DNA of 64,000 bases from Bacillota bacterium (GTDB lineage: Bacteria > Bacillota > Ch66): NCBI GenBank assembly GCA_013178045.1, contig JABLXP010000001.1:15937-79936 (forward strand), given 5' to 3'. The position numbers were made by a program, and so were the translations under genes. The notes below the pieces were generated by a model. The model made no database searches. It saw only the letters and a program-made list of their open reading frames with translations, and had not been told where the DNA came from. This document shows positions 57,796-64,000 of this stretch, one piece after another (position 1 is the stretch's first letter; every line of letters begins with the position of its first letter).

Positions 57796-58800
57796 ATGGG
57801 CAAAGGGTTAAGTGGCCGACAAAAAGCAGCTATTCTCATGATTGCGTTGGGACCAGAGATGTCTGCCCAGATCTTTAAGCACCTCAAAGAAGATGAAATT
57901 GAGCAATTGACTTTAGAAATCGCCAATGTGCGCAAGATTAACCAAGAGCGCCGTGACGAAGTTATCCAAGAGTTTTATCAGATGTGTATGGCTTCTGAGT
58001 ACATCAATCAAGGCGGCATTGATTACGCCAAACAGGTACTGGAGAGGGCACTGGGTAATCAGAAAGCGGTTGAGATTCTTAACCGAATCACGGCTTCCCT
58101 CCAGGTACGTCCTTTTGATTTCATACGCAAAACTGACCCGAGTCAATTGTTGAACTTTATTCAATCCGAGCACCCCCAGACAATTGCTCTTATTATGGCT
58201 TATCTGGACCCGGAGAAGGCTGCTGTTATTCTGTCTGCCTTGCCCCACGATCGGCAGGCTGATGTTGCCCGGCGGATCGCGATTATGGACCGGACCTCTC
58301 CTGAGATTATCAAGGAAGTAGAACGCGTTTTGGAGCGCAAACTATCTTCCTTGGTCCCGCAGGAAGTGGCTTCGGCCGGTGGAGTCAAGGCAGTTGTTCA
58401 GGTGCTGAATCGGGTGGACCGGGGAACAGAGAAGACGATTATGGAAGCCCTGGAAATTCAAGATCCCGAGTTAGCCGAGGAGATTAAGAAGTTGATGTTT
58501 GTGTTCGAAGATATCGTGCAGCTGGATGACCGGGCGATCCAAAGAATCCTGCGTGAGATCGACAGTCACGACCTGGCTTTAGCCCTCAAAGGCTCGAGCG
58601 AGGAGGTAGCGGCAAAGATCAATCGGAATATGTCTAAACGGGCCCAGGAGATACTGCGCGAAGAGATCGATTTCATGGGACCAGTTCGGCTACGTGACGT
58701 TGAGGAAGCCCAACAGCGGATTGTTTCTGTGATTCGTCGGCTGGAAGAAGCAGGTGAGATTATCATCGCGCGGGGTGGTGGAGATGAGATTATTGTCTAA
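57796..58800 (+). CDS. fliG: flagellar motor switch protein FliG
   Basis: LSGRQKAAILMIALG, and the MFVFEDI motif in the C-terminal domain. Confidence 0.9.
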   Translation: MGKGLSGRQKAAILMIALGPEMSAQIFKHLKEDEIEQLTLEIANVRKINQERRDEVIQEFYQMCMASEYINQGGIDYAKQVLERALGNQKAVEILNRITASLQVRPFDFIRKTDPSQLLNFIQSEHPQTIALIMAYLDPEKAAVILSALPHDRQADVARRIAIMDRTSPEIIKEVERVLERKLSSLVPQEVASAGGVKAVVQVLNRVDRGTEKTIMEALEIQDPELAEEIKKLMFVFEDIVQLDDRAIQRILREIDSHDLALALKGSSEEVAAKINRNMSKRAQEILREEIDFMGPVRLRDVEEAQQRIVSVIRRLEEAGEIIIARGGGDEIIV

Positions 58801-59578
58801 GGTGATCAAGTCAAACCAGTTTGTCATTGGTCAAAGGCGAACAATTGGTTGGGAAAACCAGATGGCAGCAGCGGCAAGCGAACGATCAACAACTACACCG
58901 GTTGAGGCCGCGGATACTTTTGATGCTGCCCAAGCACAGCAAATTATTGCCGAAACTGAGGCCATGGTGACTGAACTCCTGGAAAAATCTCGTCTTCAGG
59001 CCCAGGAGATTATCGAAGCAGCCAGAGGCGAAGCCGAAAAGCTGCGTCAGGCCGTTAGGCTGGAAGTTGAGCAAGTCCGCCAGACGGCTCGGGAAGAGGG
59101 CTATCGTCAGGGGAGAGAACAAATTTTCCAAGAGATGGCGGCCGAGCGCGAAGCCAGTCGGAGTGCGGCGCAGCGTGTTGTTGCCCAAGCCTTGCGGGAA
59201 AGGGAAAAGATGCTGGCGGAACTGGAACCAGAGCTAGTAAAACTGGCCCTAGCAATCGCGAAAAAAGTGATTCACACCGAGTTGAAACAGTCGCCGGATC
59301 TGGTCGTTCAGCTCGCGAAAGCGGCTTTACAAAAGGTTAATGGCACTTCAGAGGTTACGATCCGGGTTCACCCGTCACAGAAAGGCATTCTGGAAGAGCA
59401 GCGTGAGCAACTCGATAGCGAGGGATTTGAATATCGCTTGATTAATATTGAAGCTGACCCAGCGATCGAACCCGGCGGCTGTATCGTTGATACAGGAGCT
59501 GGTTATGTTGATGCTCAAATCAGCCAGCAGCTAAAGAGCCTCGAAGGAGCCCTCTTACGTGTAAGTGATGGAGGTTAG
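58784..59578 (+). CDS. fliH: flagellar assembly protein FliH
   Basis: It has a charged coiled-coil segment rich in E, A, R and Q, and a C-terminal FliH domain. It sits between fliG and fliI. Confidence 0.75.
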   Translation: MRLLSKVIKSNQFVIGQRRTIGWENQMAAAASERSTTTPVEAADTFDAAQAQQIIAETEAMVTELLEKSRLQAQEIIEAARGEAEKLRQAVRLEVEQVRQTAREEGYRQGREQIFQEMAAEREASRSAAQRVVAQALREREKMLAELEPELVKLALAIAKKVIHTELKQSPDLVVQLAKAALQKVNGTSEVTIRVHPSQKGILEEQREQLDSEGFEYRLINIEADPAIEPGGCIVDTGAGYVDAQISQQLKSLEGALLRVSDGG

Positions 59579-59579
59579 T

Positions 59580-60881
59580 ATGGCCCTGGAGCGATACTTT
59601 GAAATCGTGGCTGAACACGATCCGATCCGTCAGAAGGGGCGTGTGTCCCAGGTAGTTGGTCTGGCGATTGAATCCGACGGTCCACGGGTCAGTTTGGGGG
59701 AAGTGTGTGTAATTCAGATCCCGGGCAACGGGCACATCCTGGCTGAGGTGGTTGGCTTTCGTCAAAACAAGACGTTGCTGATGCCACTGGGAGAAATGGC
59801 GGGGATCGGCCCAGGTTGCAGTGTGATCGCAACTGGTCATAGTTTTCGGCTGGCAGTCGGCCCGGCCCTTGTTGGCCGAGTCCTGGATGGACTTGGTCGA
59901 CCGATTGATGGTTTAGGACCCATCAACACCCGGGAATTTTACCCGGTGATGAATCAACCGCCTAATCCACTGGCGAGAACCCGGATTAGAGAACCCCTGC
60001 CACTGGGGATAAAGGCCATTGATGGTTTGATCACCTGTGGGCGCGGTCAGCGGTTGGGGATTTTCGCCGGTAGTGGGGTTGGCAAGAGTACGCTGTTAGG
60101 AATGGTGGCTAGGAACACCAGTGCTGATATCAATGTAATCGCTTTGATTGGAGAGCGAGGGCGGGAGGTACGTGAGTTTTTAGAGAAAGACCTGGGCGAA
60201 GAAGGTTTACAACGGTCAGTTGTCGTAATTGCTACCTCGGAACAACCTGCGATGGTTCGTCTTAAAGGGGCATTTGTGGCAACCACGATCGCGGAGTATT
60301 TTCGAGATCAAGGGAAAGATGTCATGCTCATGATGGACTCGGTTACTCGTTTTGCCATGGCGCAGCGGGAAGTGGGTCTGACGATCGGCGAACCACCGGC
60401 GACCCGGGGGTTTACCCCCTCGGTATTTGCCCTGTTGCCCAGGTTACTTGAACGTTCCGGGACCTCAGCATGTGGGACCATCACCGGCCTCTACACTGTT
60501 TTAGTTGATGGGGATGATTTGAATGAGCCGATCACTGATGCTGTTCGCGGTATTCTTGATGGACACATTGTTCTTTCACGTGACCTAGCAGCACAGAATC
60601 ATTATCCGGCAATAGATGTACTGAACAGCGTCAGCCGGGTGATGCTCGATATCATCAGTACTGAACATCAGGAGTGGGCTAACCGCGTTCGCGAGATTCT
60701 GGCTACGTACCAAGAGGCAAAAGACCTGATTGATATTGGGGCGTATTCGTTGGGGACGAACCCACGGATCGACTATGCCATCAAGATGGTGGAGAAATGC
60801 CGTGAATTTTTGCGCCAGGGAATCAATGAAAACGTTACTTTCAATGAGACTCTGACCCGGCTAGGAGCCCTGTTTGCTTAA
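59580..60881 (+). CDS. fliI: flagellum-specific ATP synthase FliI
   Basis: Walker A GSGVGKSTLL and Walker B VMLMMDSVTRFA. Confidence 0.95.
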   Translation: MALERYFEIVAEHDPIRQKGRVSQVVGLAIESDGPRVSLGEVCVIQIPGNGHILAEVVGFRQNKTLLMPLGEMAGIGPGCSVIATGHSFRLAVGPALVGRVLDGLGRPIDGLGPINTREFYPVMNQPPNPLARTRIREPLPLGIKAIDGLITCGRGQRLGIFAGSGVGKSTLLGMVARNTSADINVIALIGERGREVREFLEKDLGEEGLQRSVVVIATSEQPAMVRLKGAFVATTIAEYFRDQGKDVMLMMDSVTRFAMAQREVGLTIGEPPATRGFTPSVFALLPRLLERSGTSACGTITGLYTVLVDGDDLNEPITDAVRGILDGHIVLSRDLAAQNHYPAIDVLNSVSRVMLDIISTEHQEWANRVREILATYQEAKDLIDIGAYSLGTNPRIDYAIKMVEKCREFLRQGINENVTFNETLTRLGALFA

Positions 60882-60895
60882 GGAGGCGTAGTCGA

Positions 60896-61351
60896 ATGCG
60901 ACGCTTTAAATTCAAGTTGCAGACAAATCTTGATCTGGTATACAAACGCGAGGAGTTGCTCAAACAAGAGTTTTTTCAACAACAGAAAAGGTTTAACCAG
61001 GAAATGAAGGCTTTAAAACAGTTGAGAGAACGCTGCCAGCAACTTCAGGACGAAATGCGTGGGGTTGTTCAGGGAACACTCAATTTAGCGCGAATCAAGT
61101 TGTATAATGATTTCTTTCCTATGCTGCTTAAGCAGATTAAACAGCAGTCTATTCAGGTGGAGAGCGCCAGACAGGATCTTGAGTCGGCCCGTCACGCGCT
61201 CATGAAAATAGTGAAAGAAAAAAAGATCCTGGAAAAGCTGCGGCAGCGTCAGTGGGAGATCTACCAGCAAGAAGTATTGCGGGAGGAACAAAAGGTGATT
61301 GACGAGCTTGCCGTGACAGGATTTTACCGTCACATGAACAGCAGCACTTAA
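60896..61351 (+). CDS. fliJ: flagellar export chaperone FliJ
   Basis: 151-aa coiled-coil protein directly after fliI. Confidence 0.7.
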   Translation: MRRFKFKLQTNLDLVYKREELLKQEFFQQQKRFNQEMKALKQLRERCQQLQDEMRGVVQGTLNLARIKLYNDFFPMLLKQIKQQSIQVESARQDLESARHALMKIVKEKKILEKLRQRQWEIYQQEVLREEQKVIDELAVTGFYRHMNSST

Positions 61352-61361
61352 GGAGGAAACC

Positions 61362-62000
61362 ATGACAACCGCCCGAACAAAAGATTTGTCTTACCCCGGC
61401 GCCAGGGGGAGAGCAGCGGCCGGACCCAAAAACAACAAGCCAGAAAAAACAAAATTAAAAAACCCAGTAATATCCATGAAACTAGTGATCATCTGCTTGG
61501 CAATTATCATATTTGGTTTGGTATTAGCGACTAATGCTGCCGGCTATATCAATGTCAGAGCCAGTTTAACCAAGATCCCAATGGTGGGGAAACTTTTTGG
61601 GCCAAAAGGGATTGTTTCCGAGGAACTGGCGACGAAAACCAACTCCCTGGAGCAGGACATGGCTAACCTGCAAGCTAAAGTCAAGCAACAGGACGATCTG
61701 CTCAAGGGACTGCTGGAAGAAAAGCAAACCCTAGAACAGGAAAAACAGGCGGCCCTTAAGCAGATAAAGGACCTTCAGGCTCAGTTACAGGCTGAACAGA
61801 CGCGCCGACTTGGCTTTAAGGATATGGCGGGGTACTATGGGCAAATGAAACCAGCGACAGCGGCCGCGATCATGGACAAGCAGGATGAACAGACGGTAAT
61901 TGGGATCTTACAGGAAATGCCACCTGAGCAGGTGGCCAGGATTCTCGGAGCAATGAAGCCAGAGCGGGCAGCTGTTTTGGTAAATCAAATGCTTAAGTAA
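61362..62000 (+). CDS. MgtE-intracellular-N-domain flagellar operon protein (YlxF-like)
   Basis: It has one TM segment, a coiled coil, and C-terminal AAAIMDKQDEQTVIGILQEMPPEQVARIL. Its position matches B. subtilis ylxF. Confidence 0.55.
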   Translation: MTTARTKDLSYPGARGRAAAGPKNNKPEKTKLKNPVISMKLVIICLAIIIFGLVLATNAAGYINVRASLTKIPMVGKLFGPKGIVSEELATKTNSLEQDMANLQAKVKQQDDLLKGLLEEKQTLEQEKQAALKQIKDLQAQLQAEQTRRLGFKDMAGYYGQMKPATAAAIMDKQDEQTVIGILQEMPPEQVARILGAMKPERAAVLVNQMLK

Positions 62001-62077
62001 TTAACGATGAAAGAAATAATCAATTGAAGTGATGGCAAAATGTTTTCAATTAATCATTTTAGAAAGGAGGTGAAAAA

Positions 62078-63523
62078 GTGCAGATAACTAATATTGTTCA
62101 GCTTCTACCAATTGAAGCCTCTGCCAACCACGGTAACTGGGTGGCTAAACAAGAGAATCTTGTGGGCACCCAAGACGGTAGTGCTTCTTTTCTGGCTGGC
62201 CTTGCCGCTGCGGCGATGCTCCAGTTTTATAAACCAGGAGAAGGCCAGGTCTGTGAAGCAGAAGGAACCCCGGCTAAGGTTTCGCCGGTTAATGGTGGTG
62301 GGTTAATTGAGCCATTAAACCTGCCAGCGGCAATCGTGAATATTATACGCGAAGCAGAAAGACAAGATGAACAGACAATGGACTGCCAACTGCTGGACTA
62401 CAGATTGATGGACTGGCTAGTCAGTGCCATTGAAAACAGTCAACTCGCAGAGGCAAGCATTCCCCAGCCAAATACTGTTTCTTTAGGCGAAAGCGGGCCA
62501 CCATTAGTTCGGTACCTGCAGGAAACTTGGAAAAGCCAGCCCACTGGTGAAACAGCGCAAATGGCTTTAACACTATCACCAGCGGTCAACCAGATTAGTA
62601 ACAACCCCAACACAAATTCCCTGAAGGTGTTTGTGGAGCAGGTACAGGCGGAACTTGGAGCGCGGGTGGTCACTGAACCAAAACATAATGTTGAAACTGA
62701 AGTTATGGTGATACCAAACTCAGCAGGGGGTACTATCCTGCCTGCTGAACAGCCGATGGAGCCAGTTGCATTGCCAACAGTTTCCCGGTTGCGCGAACAG
62801 GTCGACTTTGAGCTAACAGCGGTGGAAGCGGAAGTAGCATGCGGTAGATCATACGCCATGACGTCTGAGCTGGATAAAGCCAAAGTGGGCATTCAGCAAA
62901 AAACAGCGGAGCCCTCAGCAGGTAGACTACTTAGAGCAATTCGTGTGTATGAGTTTAGAGACGAAAAAGAGTTAAAAGTTTCACCCACTAACATCCCTGG
63001 GGAGGTTTTCCCAGCCACACCAGAACCCGCGACTGGAAACCTGGACCAACGGAGGTCTGAGTTGGTAAGTGAACTACCCCGTCCCAAAATAGAGGAGATC
63101 CTTCGCCAGGTTGTCAACCACGTTCGCTTGCGGGTAGGGAATGGTCATTCGGAAATTCGGATACACTTGAAACCTGAATTTTTAGGGCAATTGAAGATCA
63201 CTGTTCAGATTGAAGGGGGGCTGATCGCAGCCAGCTTCACGGCTGAAAACCTGCAGGTCAAGCAATTGCTCGAAGCCAATTTGCCTTTGCTCAAACAATC
63301 TTTAGAAGAGCATGGATTACGGTTTGACCGATTGGATGTCTCCCTGGACGCATGGTCGTCATTCTCTGGGCATTCTTACCAGACTGACCAGCAACAGTGT
63401 TATGATTGGCCGAAGTGGTCAAATTTCCGTTCAGCTAACAATTATAACGACGTGGTAAGTGAAACGCCCGAACTCAGTCGGTGGCGACAACCGACCGGCG
63501 GAAAAATCGATTTTCTGGTGTAG
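62078..63523 (+). CDS. fliK: flagellar hook-length control protein FliK
   Basis: 481 aa, variable N-terminus, and the conserved C-terminal Flg_hook domain (IRIHLKPEFLGQLKITVQIEGGLIAASFTAEN). Confidence 0.7.
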   Translation: MQITNIVQLLPIEASANHGNWVAKQENLVGTQDGSASFLAGLAAAAMLQFYKPGEGQVCEAEGTPAKVSPVNGGGLIEPLNLPAAIVNIIREAERQDEQTMDCQLLDYRLMDWLVSAIENSQLAEASIPQPNTVSLGESGPPLVRYLQETWKSQPTGETAQMALTLSPAVNQISNNPNTNSLKVFVEQVQAELGARVVTEPKHNVETEVMVIPNSAGGTILPAEQPMEPVALPTVSRLREQVDFELTAVEAEVACGRSYAMTSELDKAKVGIQQKTAEPSAGRLLRAIRVYEFRDEKELKVSPTNIPGEVFPATPEPATGNLDQRRSELVSELPRPKIEEILRQVVNHVRLRVGNGHSEIRIHLKPEFLGQLKITVQIEGGLIAASFTAENLQVKQLLEANLPLLKQSLEEHGLRFDRLDVSLDAWSSFSGHSYQTDQQQCYDWPKWSNFRSANNYNDVVSETPELSRWRQPTGGKIDFLV

Positions 63524-63535
63524 AGGGGTGAATTT

Positions 63536-63937
63536 ATGAGTGTAACGACAGTACAGGGAATGACTGGAAACCAAGAAACGGCAGCGGCTGGTACCACGAC
63601 TAAGAAAAAAAACAATGAATTAGGTAAAGATTCTTTTTTGAACCTTCTGGTTACCCAGTTGAAAAATCAGAATCCACTTGAGCCGGTCAAGGATGCTGAT
63701 TTTATCGCACAAATGGCCCAATTCAGTTTGCTAGAACAAATGCAGAACTTGAACAGAGAATTTATGATTGGTCGGGCTGTCGGTCTGCTGGGAAAAAACA
63801 TCGAGTTTAGGCATCCAGAATCTGAACAGTTGTCTAACGGCCGAGTGAGCGGGATGAAAGTGGTTGATGGGTCGCCGAAAGTCATTGTCGACGACGTTGA
63901 GGTGCCACTGTCAAGTATTGAGCAGGTTTGGGAGTAG
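63536..63937 (+). CDS. flgD: flagellar hook capping/assembly protein FlgD
   Basis: [22 protein letters not shown] and FIAQMAQFS. Confidence 0.85.
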   Translation: MSVTTVQGMTGNQETAAAGTTTKKKNNELGKDSFLNLLVTQLKNQNPLEPVKDADFIAQMAQFSLLEQMQNLNREFMIGRAVGLLGKNIEFRHPESEQLSNGRVSGMKVVDGSPKVIVDDVEVPLSSIEQVWE

Positions 63938-63950
63938 GGGGGCGAGGGTT

Positions 63951-64000
63951 ATGGTTGATAAGGTGTATTTTCCTCAACCGATTGTGCCCGTAAAACAGCC
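63951..64000 (+). CDS. start of next flagellar-operon ORF, cut by window end
   Basis: ATG at 63951 after GGGGGGCGAGGG. Only 16 codons are visible (MVDKVYFPQPIVPVKQ). Confidence 0.3.
   Translation, partial: MVDKVYFPQPIVPVKQ

Noticed and set aside
1-64000. Searched by eye for CRISPR-like spaced repeats, rRNA or tRNA genes, reverse transcriptases and toxin-antitoxin-sized gene pairs
   Set aside because: I found none. All ORFs over 150 aa are accounted for, and the only repeats are the short arrays listed above. A computational scan (tRNAscan, Rfam, CRISPR finders, defence-system HMMs) would be needed to exclude small or divergent elements.

Overview
This is a chromosomal segment of roughly 50% GC from an endospore-forming, flagellated Firmicute. 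The Clostridia/Peptococcaceae-like assignment is an inference from gene content and order (spoVS, FabK-type fab operon, GH57 enzymes, anaerobe-style MTA salvage). The backbone follows the conserved Bacillus/Clostridium order: fabH-fabK-fabD-fabG-acpP-(NMO)-fabF, rnc, radical SAM, spoVS, birA, smc, ftsY, ylxM-ffh-rpsP-khpA-ylqD-rimM-trmD-(SPOUT)-rplS, rbgA-rnhB-ylqG-ylqH-yraN, comM, paaI, dprA-topA-trmFO-xerC-hslVU-codY, then the flagellar operon flgB-flgC-fliE-fliF-fliG-fliH-fliI-fliJ-ylxF-fliK-flgD. Five accessory patches interrupt it. (1) 9.4-13.4 kb is an IS graveyard: an internally deleted IS5/IS1182-like transposase, an IS110-family fragment, one intact stand-alone TnpB with a structured 3' tail (candidate omega RNA), and a frameshifted, internally deleted dinB. 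An orphan PAS/sigma-54 activator follows it. (2) 18.7-23.1 kb holds two translationally coupled GH57 glucan enzymes between smc and ftsY. (3) 24.3-29.6 kb is a six-gene MTA/5'-deoxyadenosine salvage cluster: mtnP, mtnA, class II aldolase, mtaD, apt and a second MTAP paralog. A CAP-domain remnant, a small Sm-like ORF and a degenerate ZIP-like membrane protein follow it. (4) 40.3-42.3 kb holds a TusA-YeeE sulfur-uptake pair with a long AT-rich leader. (5) 42.5-43.8 kb is a decayed two-gene transposon (DDE remnant plus frameshifted ExeA/TniB-like ATPase) with repeat arrays, abutting comM. I found no rRNA, tRNA or CRISPR array. I could not identify a clearly unprecedented system. The strongest candidates for follow-up are the TnpB/omega-RNA element, the composite salvage cluster, and the repeat arrays of the dead transposon next to comM.
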